From the human T2T-CHM13v2.0 reference genome, Homo sapiens, in the NCBI RefSeq assembly GCF_009914755.1, contig NC_060932.1: DNA of 64,000 bases. One strand, written 5' to 3'. Made by a program: the position numbers and the translations under genes. The stretch's first letter is position 1. Each line of letters opens with the position of its first letter. A model generated the notes under the pieces. That model had not been told where the DNA came from. It worked only from the letters and a program-made list of their open reading frames with translations, and ran no database searches. Of the stretch, positions 13,631 to 28,974 are shown piece by piece.

Positions 13631-14881
13631 TCAACAGAATAATTTTTAAGACTTGCTCTGAAAATTTAAAAATACATTATTTCATTTATAGACTTATTTG
13701 AAGAGATTTATAGGTAATCATTTAAAACCTTTGAAGTTTAAAATATTATAACAAAAAATTGTGCAGTTGAAAATGAAATGAAAATGTAAGTTTTAAGGGG
13801 AAGAACAGTGTAAAAATTACTGTATTTTACATCTTATGAGTTATTTTAAGTGAACATTTTATCTGCCCTTTATTTCTCTAAAGTTATCATTATTTTTCCA
13901 AAGAGTTCTTCCCTCTGTTTATTTTTCTTTTTTGTCTCAATTATATTTTTATTTCATGACTGATGACAAATTATGGTAAACAATGTTATGTGTTGATACA
14001 ACTGAGATCTATATCTGCTACAAGAGGAAAATTCAATTTGCCTTTAAATGTCATCTTCAGATTGCTTTGGTTGTGCCTGCATTCTGTTTTTAAAGTATAA
14101 AAGATTTTAAATCTCTGAAATGACTTCACAAATATCTTTTTTAATATTCAATCTTTAATTAATCAGGGCCCATGGGGGCTAGAAATTCTGATTAGTTATC
14201 TGCTCCAAATCGTGATTAAGGAAACCTTCATAAAACCACAGCATGATGGATTTAAAAGGAAGTTTATAGTTACAGTGAGTCTAAAACCTAGATATGCATT
14301 AGTATCACCTGCTTCACTCTATTGGTTTCTTGATTTATTTATTTATATTTGTCATAGACTTTTATTATCTACCTGTTGTCACATTGGCATGCCTTTCTTT
14401 CTTCTGCGTTATTGCCTTTTTCTTTTCTCTTGTTTCTTTGTTTTTTCTGTTCTTTTATCTTTTTATTTTCTGTAATGTACAAAGGTCAGGTATCTTTATG
14501 TATTTATTTTGTTCACAGATGCCTGACATTCTTCAATAGATATCTGTTCAATTAAATACATATCTCTTACTTCTTTATGGCACTTCTGCTTTCTTCTGGA
14601 AGAGGTCCTAGCCTGTTTCCCCTCAGCTGAAACCTTTTTGTGATTTATATCACTCAGGGCTGTCTTCAATTGAACCATTATATTTAAAAAACAATATTTC
14701 ACTTTCCTCTTTCTTTATAAATTGTGATTCCTAATTCTTTGTTATCAACATCTACCCTTTACCAATGAAAGAAAATGTGTTATGGCTATTTATAATGTCT
14801 GAACTGTCTGTTGCATTGCTTTTTTCGGTTTGTTGCAGTTTTGATACTCCTAGATATAAAATTTATTAAATTATAAAATAT

Positions 14882-15000
14882 GGAGGCTGAGGCATGAGAA
14901 TGGCTTGAGCTCATGGGTTCACGACTGTAGTGGGCCGTGATCATGCCACCACACTCCAGCCTGGGTGTTATAGTGGGACCCCATCCACCCATCCCAAAAA
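14882..15000 (+). mobile_element. Old Alu right-arm fragment (AluJ/FRAM-like)
   Basis: GGAGGCTGAGGCATGAGAATGGCTTGAGC...CACTCCAGCCTGGGTG. Confidence 0.85.
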
Positions 15001-15622
15001 TTATATATATAGAAAATATTTTTTTTCACTGAGTTATTAAAGGTTCTTAAGTACTCTGCATATGGTTTATTGAAGTTGTCAAGTACACTTTGAAATATGT
15101 GTATATGTGTTTGAATGTGTTTTTTTAGTGTTCCTCCTGGTATGATGCAAGTGTAAGGACATAAAATGCCCCAGAGTAAAGAGCGCCAGTTACCAGGGCA
15201 GAGTGCTTCCCATTTTATAAGGCTCTGAACTTCTCTGAAGTTATTCTAGCAAATCCAAGCGCAGACAATCCATTGTTTCTTTTCTATGTTATGGCAGTAG
15301 TTGAGAAATTAAGGATACTCCCTGAGAAATGGCGTGATAAGAGCAAAACATATATTCACCATTATACCTATGTCAAAATGCAAATCACATAATCTCAGCT
15401 TTGTATCTTTCTAGGTTTTCTCATCTTCCTAGTTTTTATGTTAATGTCTTATATGTATATCTCTCTTCATCTACAATTGTTCTCTAGGACAGAATTTAAA
15501 AGATAAACCAGCAGGACATGCCAGTTAACCACTGTGTTAGGAAATCACAATTACTGGTATCCCTGGCCTCAATTGGACCCTTAGTATTTCCAGACAATCA
15601 TACTATATATATTTCCTAGTGT

Positions 15623-15770
15623 AATGGTTCTCAAAAACTGGTCCCCATACTATAATGGTGAACTTCTTAGGCCCCATCGTATACTTAATAAATCAGAAAC
15701 ACAGGACTCGGCAATCTGTGTTTTAGCAAGCTCTTCAGGTGATTCGAACGCAAGCTAACTGTTCAGGATG
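15623..15770. mobile_element. MER5A hAT MITE
   Basis: AATGGTTCTCAAA...GGCCCCATC...AATCAGAAAC...GCAATCTGTGTTTTAGCAAGCTCTTCAGGTGATTC. Confidence 0.75.
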
Positions 15771-15894
15771 GTCCAAAGACATTTACTCTCTCATGTGCCT
15801 ATGTGATGCTATGTCCTTCCCAAACTTCCAAACATACTTTCTCATTCTTCTTTTTTTTTTCATTCAATGAAAAGCAATCTAAAACAATTTTCTG

Positions 15895-16048
15895 GGCCAG
15901 GTGCAGTGGCTCATGCCTATAATCCCAGCACTTTGGGAGGCCGAGGCAGGCGGATCATGAGGTCAGGAGTTCAAGACCAGCCTGGCAAGCATGATGAAAC
16001 CCTGTGTCTACTAAAAAACAAACAAACAAACAAACAAACAGAAACAAA
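15895..16048 (+). mobile_element. AluS left monomer only, with (CAAA)n tail and TSD
   Basis: Complete left arm (GGATCATGAGGTCAGGAGTTC), then A/CAAA tail; TSD AAAACAATTTTCT (15881-15893) / AAAACGATTTTCT (16049-16061). Confidence 0.9.
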
Positions 16049-16149
16049 AAAACGATTTTCTAACAACAAACTCCCACCACATCCACCATATGTTTGTGCA
16101 GCATGGAAAACTTGTGTTCATATCCTCTATCTTCTCTCTTGTTAATACC

Positions 16150-18170
<2,021 letters not shown>

Positions 18171-19511
18171 AAAATAGAAAACCCCTATTAAAAAACTCTA
18201 AAAATATTGTTGAGGGACTAAATGTATTTTAATGCTGTCATTTTAACAGAGGTAATTCTAAAGTCTGAGAAGAAAGAAGATCCACCTGCCATGACTGGGA
18301 CCCCAGAGACAGAACCCTCGGAGGCTTTGCATGTTAATCTTGTTTTCCAGTCTGCCACTTGAACTAGGCATGTTCATTTTTATAAGGTGGATGAATTAAT
18401 TTCTCCATATCAATGGGGAAAATGAAAATTCCATAAATGTGCCTTGGTGGGTCACTAACTTTCCCCATCGGTGGCATTCCATCAAAAATCTGTTTGAGAA
18501 GCATGATATGAAATAAAGTATCTGTCTAGCTAATATGGGTTACACTGGAACAGTAGCAACGTTGGTTGTCAAGTTTTAGACTAAATTAGTTTTAATAGGC
18601 TTTACCGTTTCACATGTATTTATGTGAAGAATATTCTTCAATTGCTCTGATTTAAGAATAAAATGAAAATAGGACCACTCTACTATTTGGATGATTACAT
18701 TTTTGGGTGCTTAAGTGAAATTAGGATTAACTAAATGATAATAGAAGGATATTTTAATTGCATTACTATTTTACAAACATCAAAATATGTAGTACTTATT
18801 GATTTACTGGAAACAAATTATACAAATTCAAATATAAGGTTTTTTAGTGTTAATATCGAACTTTCAAACACTCTGAAACATTTGTTCACTCTCATTAGAT
18901 CCTGGGATTAACATAATAGAGAAAGATATAAGGCTCTTTATGTATTAAACAAAAACTAGGAAATTAGTACTGCATCATTAATAGTAAATTTAGACTAGAT
19001 TTTTTGCTGTATATGTGGTCATAAAGCTTCTAAACTTAATACCATTATTAGGAAATTGATTATTTCCAATGCTTAAGATTGTACAACCCTTGTTAATTCA
19101 AGCAAACATGTAGTCTGTAATTTAAACTTTGCTATTTGTTCAGCTAACGCAAATAAAAACATTATATGATCAAATATCTCTATCACACCATTTGCAACTT
19201 AAATGCAAAAGTGAGTTAAAATGACAGAAAATGATATAAATAATTTTAAAACCTTAATATAATTGCTTTGGATATGATTCTTACTTTTGCTTCCAGAAAA
19301 AATATGATGTGCCCAAATTTATATTAACTGATTAATCTGCTGAAGAATCATTACTTTGCACTTCTACACACAACAGTCAGCTGTTAGAGGTAAGCTAATA
19401 GACTAGAAATGTTTAAACAAAAGCAATTTCGCACCAGAAGAACATGAACCATCATCTCCAAGGTGAGATGGATGTAGAGGCCTTTTCACTCCCACAGAAC
19501 TTCTTAATGCC

Positions 19512-19908
19512 TGTATTTGTCCACTTTCACACTGCTATAAAGAAATACCTGACACAGGGTAATTAATAAAGAGGTTTAATCGACTCACAGTTCCTCATGA
19601 CTTGGGAGGCCTCGGGAGACTTACAATCATGGCAGAAGGGAAAACAGTCACATTTTACAAAGTGGCAGGAGAGAGAAGAGGGGCAAAGTGGGGAAGAGCC
19701 CCTTATAAAACCATGAGATTTCATGAGAACTCACTCACTATCACAAGAACAGCATGGGGGGACACATCCCCCATGATCCAATCACCTCCCTCCCTCAACA
19801 GGTGAGGACTATGGGTCCCTACCTCAACACATAGGGATTACAATTTGAGATGACATTTGGGTGGGAACACAGTGCCAAACCATATGATTCCACCCCTGGC
19901 CCCTCCCA
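19512..19908 (-). mobile_element. THE1 (THE1D-like) LTR plus 21-bp internal polypurine-tract stub
   Basis: LTR TGTATTTGTCCACTTTCACACTGCTATAAAG...GCCAAACCATATGA (to 19887), then TTCCACCCCTGGCCCCTCCCA. Confidence 0.9.
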
Positions 19909-20084
19909 GTAAAATAATTCCCAATGCAATGAAGAAGGCAGAACAAAGACTTTCAAGAAAAGAAATTTCCTCTGCAACACTCAGAAAAATATAATTTCGT
20001 ATTTACAAATACCTAATAAGTTTTGAGTTTATTATTAAAAAATTCTCCTTTATTTAAAATTGTTCTTTTATGGAAGTAAAATAA

Positions 20085-20165
20085 GAGGCAGACTGGTGGA
20101 GTAGAAAGTAAACTGAAAATGAGAAGACTGAAGTTGTAGTTCAAGTTCTGTTACTAGCTAGATAG
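20085..20165 (+). mobile_element. MIR fragment
   Basis: GAGGCAG...GAAGACTGAAGTTGTAGTTCAAGTTCTGTTACTAGCT resembles the MIR 5'/core region. Confidence 0.4.
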
Positions 20166-20487
20166 GTTCTCACATTCCACCTCCCATTGGAATTAAATTA
20201 AAGTTAAAGTTATTGTTTTGTAATGTATAAAGGTTTTCCAATTTCAAAATCTATTACTATAAAACCTATCTTTGTCCTGTAGAAAAAAAAAACAAAGAAA
20301 CTTTCTGCTTTGTAACAACAGATGTCACAGATTTTGATAACCTTGATGATCTACTGGTAAGCTAATAACAGAGAAAAAATGGAAATTAAACTACAGCTGT
20401 CTCTAGCCCACCTTTGCTTCCTATGGTTACGCCATCATTCAGATTTTGTGAGTAAAATACATTGGTAGAACATCATGAAGTGAGGCC

Positions 20488-21205
20488 TGTAAGGGCAGAT
20501 ATGAATGAAAAAGAAGACAAATAAATATTTCTCCTTGATTGACAAGGAAAAGAATCTGTCTCTCCTTCCCTTGCCTCAGAACATTTACTTTAGAAAACTT
20601 GCAGTTGTGAATCGCATTTTGCTCCTTTGAGTTATAAGAGAGGTATGTAAATAAAAAGCTAAATAAGCCTTTTGCCAGTTTTACAACTGAGAAATGTCTT
20701 CATTAAGGACTTGGGAAGCATCTTTTTGCAATATAGGCATCAATGAAGATAGTGGCCTTCTCCCAGTTTCTGAGAGAAGGTGGGAGGCTAACTTCAGCTG
20801 GTACCCAACTCTAAGTTGAAAACCTAACTGTTTTATAAAGATAGATAGAAGATATTTATTTTTCTTTTGGATAAAATCAACGAGCAAACACAGATGGTTA
20901 CCCAAATCACTAGGTGAATTTAGGATGAATTATGTGTCACAAATGGTGCTGTCAAGTACCCTTACTTGAGGACTAGTAATTGTTTATCTTGAGAAATGTA
21001 TGCCGTGGGCTCTATCTGCTTGACTATATAAAACTACGAATTTTCTTTCTGTCTTGGCAGTCCCTATAGTGGAAAGCCTGTGATATATATCACATTCTAA
21101 TGCAATGATTATTTAATAATAAAAATTGTCTTTTTTTAAATCTTCTACTCTATGGCTACGTTTTATGGATTGGGAGATTTTACTTTTAATTATATTTTCC
21201 CAATA
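20488..21205 (+). mobile_element. ERV1-class solo LTR (MER34/MER67-group-like; subfamily uncertain)
   Basis: Starts TGTAA, ends CCCAATA (CA>TA); exact 4-bp TSD GGCC (20484-87 / 21206-09); TATATAAAA near 21025 and AATAAA near 21118. Confidence 0.8.
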
Positions 21206-22299
21206 GGCCCACTGCACAGAGAGATGATTTAACAAAATCTGTATCTTCATTACTGCCTAAGAGCCAGAGAAAAACTGAGAGTAATTTTTAAAAGAAGAAC
21301 AAGCATAAGTGGACCAGCAAATGTGGTACAATGCCAAAACTGCTTAAGAAGGTTGGCCAGTGAGAGAAGATTCCAATGGAAGGATAGGCTAAAACAAAAT
21401 AGAGATCTTATAATTAAATATTAAGATTTTTGGATTTTATCCTATATTTTCACAAAGTAGCTAGAATACAAATATTTCTACACTAATTATATTTTAGAAG
21501 TGAAAAACTCAGATGAAATGTGAAAGAATTTAGGGAAGAAAAGGACGTTAAAAATCCTATAATTAAATTAATCCAAGTTGTTAAGTATGATTGTATAGCC
21601 AAAGTTACTGTAGTTCCCAAATTCCCCACCAACTCTTCTGGAATTTCAGGATATTTGCTAGGTTAGGCTTGTTGTTTTTAACTCTTAAAGGACAGGGTAT
21701 CCCTTGATTACATCTGGGTACCACCAACATAGTCTATAGATTATTAGTAACAATTTTTTAATTTGAAAGGTTTATAGATTTTATATAATAAAGGTTGGAA
21801 ATAATAGCTGAACTCTGGAGGATAAACAAAGCTATAAAATTAGGGTTTTAAACATAGGGCAACATTCTTGGATGTGAAATTTTCTAGACTATCAAATATC
21901 CATCACCACAGTAATAACTGACACCATGAAAACTAAAACTTAGCCCTATCAGAGGATTTTTTGAGCTGAGTATTTTCTACTCTGTTAGGAAATGGTACTG
22001 ACCACAGATAATCTGAGTAAGTTGGATGCTTGGAAACCTGATGGTGGGCCTTAAAAGGAAGACGCTGAAGTGCCTATTAACATAAGCAGGTGGAAGCTGA
22101 GTGATTAATAATGCAAATATAAGAAGATCTATTTATACCTTAAGAAGATCACACCAATTACACACATGAAGATCTCCAGCTTATCATAAATTCTTCCTTG
22201 CCTATCAGTATGCCTTAGTTTATTTTCCATTGGTATTTTTCCTCTTCATCCATAGCTCCTTGTGTATTAATGTAGATTACAGCTGATGCCCCAAATCCA

Positions 22300-22603
22300 T
22301 TTATTTATTTATATTTTAGAGACAAGATCTCGCTCTGTTGCTCAGGCTGAAGTGCAGTGGCAGGACGATAGCTGACTGCAGCCTCAAATTCCTGGACTCA
22401 AGTGATCTCCTGCCTCAGCCTCCAGAGTAACTAGGGCTACAGGTACAAGGCATTACACCTGGCTATTTTTTTTTTATTTTATTTTGTGGAGACTTGGTCC
22501 CATTATGTTGCCCAGGCTGGTTTGAACCCCTGGTCTCAAGTAATCCTCATGCTTCAGCCTTCCAATGGGCTGGGACGATAAGTGTGCATCACCACACCCG
22601 GCT
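22300..22603 (-). mobile_element. AluJ, full length
   Basis: ATAGCTGACTGCAGCCTCAAATTCCTGGACTCAAGTGATC; ends CACACCCGGCT; degenerate TSD GATGC(C/T)C(C/A)AAAT. Confidence 0.92.
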
Positions 22604-22671
22604 AGATGCTCAAAATTTAATATTTAGAGTTTTAGAATTTAAGAACCTGAAGGAACTTTATCAATTGTCTA

Positions 22672-22815
22672 CCCTGGTGCTTCTGAAGTTTCATTGAAGA
22701 TAAGTCTTCTAGTGTGCTTGTTAAACACAGATCCTCCCAGCTACCTCCCCTGGGGACTCTGATTCTGTAAGTGAGGAATGAAGCCTGATAATGTCTATTG
22801 TTAGTAAAGATCCAC
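22672..22815. mobile_element. MER5-family (MER5B-like) fragment
   Basis: GCTTGTTAAACACAGATCC...CTCTGATTCTGTAAGT...GAAGCCTGATAAT. Confidence 0.55.
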
Positions 22816-22934
22816 ACTAATTATTCAGGGATATATGCGGGAAAGCTGATAAAGTTCCAAATCTTGTTCGTGCCTTGCTCAGGCATACATAGTAAGTCTC
22901 ATAGTCTCACAGTGAAGAGTAACACACAGGTTTA

Positions 22935-23189
<255 letters not shown>

Positions 23190-24120
23190 TAAACACGAAA
23201 AAGTATTTCATTTTACTATACTGTTGTGTTAGAGAAAAATTGTTTTCAAAGACCAAAATAAAAGAGCAACTCACAAGTCCATAGAGTTTATTTGTAAATT
23301 TTTATACTTCAGGTTATTTTAGACCAATTGATTCATAAATATTTCTATTTCTAAACTAATTAATAATATACATTAAAACAACTCTAGATCTGAGTGTTCA
23401 TCTATAGCCCTTTCAGTCTATTTAATTATCTAAGAAAGAGATAATCCAATAGATGCATATTTGATGCATGTTCTTAAAACTTGTCCAATTAAGGACACTG
23501 TTAGTGATTTAATAGGAAATAAATATTACCAGTTCCTTTTAATATGCTTCAGAAAACTCCCCTTCAGAAATATGTGGCTTTTTCTTCTTGTTTGGCAACG
23601 TATTTTAATTAAAATATGCACCAGCCCCAATATATCGAAATGTATTTGAATCTTCCTCCCTCTATGAAAATGTCAATGGCCTAAAAGACATTTGTAACTA
23701 CTCTCTGTGCATTTTTTTTGGGGGACAATGTGAACTAAACAACATTGCTTATTTCTTTAATGGTCTTGAAAGACCCAGCCTTGAGTCAGTTGGAAAGCTG
23801 TTGACTAAGAACCAACTGAGATATATTTGCAATATTTCAGGGGTTTACAGCTTAAATATTTTGGACTTTGATGAGCATAATAAGAACACTGTAGGAGTTG
23901 CATTGGTGATAGCAGCATAGGTTAGTCCTTTGAGAAGATTTTCTTTTCTTTTTTTGCTGGAAAACCCAGATATACAGCAGTGATATTTTACTTAGTGAAA
24001 TGCCAAACAGAAAACATTATAATGATAACTCTTCTGGTGTAGAGCACTGCCATTAGAAATGCATTATTTTAAGCAAGCACTTGATACGGTATCAGAGATG
24101 TCTTCAAATGGAGAGGTAAA

Positions 24121-24345
24121 TTGGTGCAGTAGAAGTGACTTCAGATATAAATAGGCTTATTTTTGAAGCCAGTTTCTGCTACTTACTACTTGAATAACAA
24201 ACTACTTAATTTCCTTGACTTTTAGTCCTTCATCTGTAGGATAGGAAAAACGACATCTCTTATAACTTAGAGAATTAGTGTAAAACTCAAATGAGAAGAA
24301 TATGTATACATTAAGGAATATGGTAAGAATTTGATAGCTAGTACA
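24121..24345 (+). mobile_element. MIR
   Basis: TCTGCTACTTACTA...TACTTAATTTCC...TTCATCTGTAGGATAGG...AAATGAGAAGAATATGTATA. Confidence 0.6.
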
Positions 24346-24409
24346 TGAGGTGAAATCAATATTCTGCTTTAATTTTATCATCAGTGTATGAATTTTCTCA
24401 TGTTCCCTC

Positions 24410-24621
24410 TCATACATATATATTACATTTATATAAATATATATCTCTCACATATATTTATATTTCAGGGTTTTACAGCTTAAATATTTTGGACTTTACA
24501 TATATATGTAAATATATATACGTATATATTTACATATATGTACACACATTTACATATATAAACATATTTACATATATGTAAATATATGTAAGTATGTGTA
24601 AATTTATATACATATATGTAA

Positions 24622-24656
<35 letters not shown>

Positions 24657-24690
24657 CACGCACACACACACACACACACACTGCATATAT
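24410..24690. repeat. TA-rich low-complexity tract followed by (TG)14-TATATA-CACG(CA)10
   Basis: Read directly. Confidence 0.95.
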
Positions 24691-25968
24691 GAACCCATAG
24701 ACAGAAATTACGAAAATATTACTTTATTTCCATTTGTTCTTTCTATTATGTTACACCATAGGGGAATGACTAGTAGAATATTTCAAGTGAACAGCATCCA
24801 ATTCCGATTATAATTGCTTGTTTTCTAAGACAAAATATTAAATTACATCAAGTATATTTTATAGGGCCTGCAACCATAAACATAGTATGTGTAAATGTCA
24901 ACTTTGCTCTAGGGAAAATAGGCCTTTCCTCATCCCTCCTTGCTTACAGCCAGCTCTAGGTTAAGACACCTGATTCTGCTCCCTGACTGCATTACCATTG
25001 CTTTACATGTCACTCCTCCTCCAATAAAACTGAACTTCTAGGCTACTGACATTAATACATGTATCCAGGGCAACTGGATGGTTTCTGCACTCACTGACTT
25101 ATTTAAGTTTGTGCTCCTGCTGTATTTTTGCCTCAGAGGTTTTCAGATACTATCCTGTAAGTCACAACATTTATAGAAAAGCTATTTTTAAATATTTAGC
25201 ATTTTTAGAAAGTTTCAATAGCAGGAGGGATATCAAGTGCTTCATATATCCAGAATAAGACAACATACGCATCAATATGTATCTTGGTTTCTAACATAAC
25301 ACTATATCTTTATTATTCAACAAATCTGTGAATATTTCTATATAGTCAAGTACCTTATTTCTTTCACAATATCTATTTGAATAGATGTAATTTGTCTTGT
25401 TAATACTTTTTAGTTTATTTATAACTATTTGAAATGTAAAGCAGAATGCAATAAACATCATAAGTGTTATTTTGTCTATCTGTAAGTTTATGTGAGTGAA
25501 AATTTCTGGGTCTTTGAGACCTGTGTCGTGCTTTAAAATATTGACGAAAGTTGTCCATTGAAATTCAAGGTGAACACTTTGAATTACACTTCCAATAATG
25601 GTAGCTGAGTGAGCCAATTTTCTAGCACCTTTGCCTACATCATTTATTGCATAAAGTTTTAGTCTTTTTCAATTAGATAAGTGCTTTGCTTAGTTTTATT
25701 TTAAAGATGAATGATTTTGAGTATATTTCAATACGTTGTTATATCATCTTTTACTTTTCAATTTGCTCCTATGATCCAGTAAGCAATACCTTGTTGGAAA
25801 TAACTTAGTAAGCAATAATTAGGAAGAAATAGTTTTTTTTTAATTTAAGAATTACATGTTAAATTCACTGTCTCATGGATTATTGTTAGACATAGTGTGG
25901 ACTGATTTAAAAATGGCACTTGGCAGTATGATCATGATGAAACTTCTCTTTTTTTTTCTATGTCTGTG

Positions 25969-26220
25969 GTTTTTTTCTTTTTTGTAAACATTTTACTTTA
26001 GGTTTGAGGGTACATGTGAAGGTTTGATACATCGTAAACTCATGGTAATCAGGTTTGCTGTACAGATTATTTCAACAACAAGCTATTAATCGCAGTACTC
26101 AGTAGGTACTTTTTTTTTGCTCCTCTTCCTCCTCCCACCCTCCACCCTCAAGGAGGACCTGTGTCTGTTGTTCCTTCTTCGTGTTAATAAGTTCTTATTA
26201 TTTAGCTTTCACTTACAAGG
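25969..26220 (-). mobile_element. LINE-1 3'-UTR fragment (L1PA15/16-like)
   Basis: TTTTACTTTAGGTTTGAGGGTACATGTGAAGGTTTG...GTACAGATTATTTC...CCTCCCACCCTCCACCCTCAAG...TTTAGCTTTCACTTA. Confidence 0.85.
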
Positions 26221-28566
26221 GGGATACCTATATGGCATAAAAAAGGGTGAAAATCCAAAATAAAATCTAAGACACATTTATCAATTTAATAGCATCAGAG
26301 AATAATTTCCTCAAACTGTAGGACAAATCAAATGGATTTAAAAAAATAGTTACTGTTTTTTTCTAGGTCTATCTACGTTTTCTACATGACCTGTTTCTTT
26401 TCACAAACACCTGGACCACTGCAGCAATTTTAAGGAAGCTGTGAATCTAGGTATCAGGAAAATTTGTTTGGTACTATTCCTAAAAAGCATCCCATAAAGT
26501 TGATTTGCTCTAACTGTTTTTCATATGAAGTGAGTTTTTCTTGTTCACCGTTGACATGCGTCTTTCATCATTAGCTGCTATGGAGACTGGGAACACCTTT
26601 TGAAACTATTAAATCTGTGCCATCCAGAAGTACTGACACTGAGTAAATTTTGTTCACTGTTAACATTTTATAAATTGAGGGAACTTTTTGTTGATTATTG
26701 ATAACTATTTTATATAGAAACAACAAGCTGACACCAAGAGTATATGGAAACACTGCTGCCTTGAAATACTTGGAGGATTTGTTAATTGCTATTAAAATTT
26801 AAGGAACAAGAAAATAGATACAAGGGTGGAGCCAGGAACCAGGAAGTCAAGAGGTTGTAGTGCACAGTGATTCTCCCCCTATGACTCGTAAATTTTCAAT
26901 AAGTCTTCGTAATGCGTGACGGAAACAGATTTCTTGTACAAAACAATGTATGATAACACAATTAAGAGATTAAGTCCTGCCTTCAGATCATCACAGAAAT
27001 AAATGTGACATGAGGGGATGATGGCGTTTGGAAGACAAACAAAAAAAGTGCCAAAACTAAGGAAGTAAGTCACAAGAACTTATCATAAGAACATCTTTGA
27101 CTCTAAGGGACTTAAAACTAAACTTGGGCAAGATCTTTAAGGGCCCAAGTTAATGTAGGAGCTACATGATCTCTTTCATTTTAGTGCAGCAAACTTTGTA
27201 ACATCTAATAAACTACACTTGAGCATTCTATTCTTTCTATATTTTGAGACATAATAATTTAAGTCCATATGAAGAAACTTTGTAAACCTAGAATAATTTC
27301 CATTTGATCGTAAGGTAGAGTCATTTTAACAAAGTGCTAAAATAGGCCTTTAACTTTGTATTATTAAATCTATGTTTGCAAGAATGTGCTTTAGTTTTCT
27401 TATATGCCAGATAAATTAAGAAGCTTTATATTTTTTATAGAGTTTAGAAATTATTACAAAATATAGAAATTAACTGCTCGTTGAAAATCTTGGTAAATTT
27501 TTGAAAAGCTTTTAAAATGTTTTTTGGCATACGCATTTTTAGGGGATATTGCTTGATAATATTTTCAATTTTGACCATAATTAATAGTATATTCATGCTT
27601 TTAGCTCTTCATGATATAATTTTTGATAGCTTTTTTTGAAAAGTCATGATTTCCATTTATATTTTGATTTAATTGAACACATTTTATGTAGTATTATCAT
27701 ATTTTTAAATCTCTTTTTGATGACAATTTTATCCCCTATTTTTCATAAGTGTTTGTTTCTTCTCATATTTTTCTCTTTAAATAAACATTTCTATGATTTA
27801 TTTGTTGATTTAACTTTATTGCATAAGTTTATTGAACGTGTATTTTGATTTTTTTATATTATATATTAAAACTCTGAGAAAATAGTTTTTTAAGCAATAA
27901 GGTTATTGTTAATGAAAGTGCATAGTCTACAGATAGCAATATATTTGCTCATAGATTTTTTCTTCTCTCTCTAAAAATATATTTCATCCCAGTAAGGTTT
28001 AAATTTTTTAATAAAATACTTCGTAAGGGAAGATTTTTAATAAAATAATTACCTATTAATATAAAGCTTGCTATTGTTGGATTTCAAAAGCTAACACCTG
28101 AAAATATGCTAATCAACAAAGAAAATGACATATTCTAATATTTATATGTCCCTGCAGATCTTACATTGTATGCTAGTGTGTATGTATGTGTGTATACATA
28201 CACTACACGTATAAAATAAATATTACACATGGAATAAATATCGGCCTATTTTCATATATGGACCAATCTTTATTCCATGTGTAATATTGACAAACATTTT
28301 ATTTCAACATGCCACTTATTATAATGTGATATGGTAGCAGATTGCAGAATTTGGGAAAATCAGTTAATATACATTAAAATTTATTGTGAAATAAAATAGA
28401 ACTTTGTCTAGAATTCCTTACTGGGTTTGAATGGAGACCTACCTACATCCACAAGTCTTTTCTTTCATTGACTTACTTTTGGCAGCTTTCCATCAATCAG
28501 GTTACATATAAGAAAATAGAACGTTATTAAGTACAGTTTAGTTGCAGTGTGGTAAAAGACATGCTA

Positions 28567-28974
<408 letters not shown>

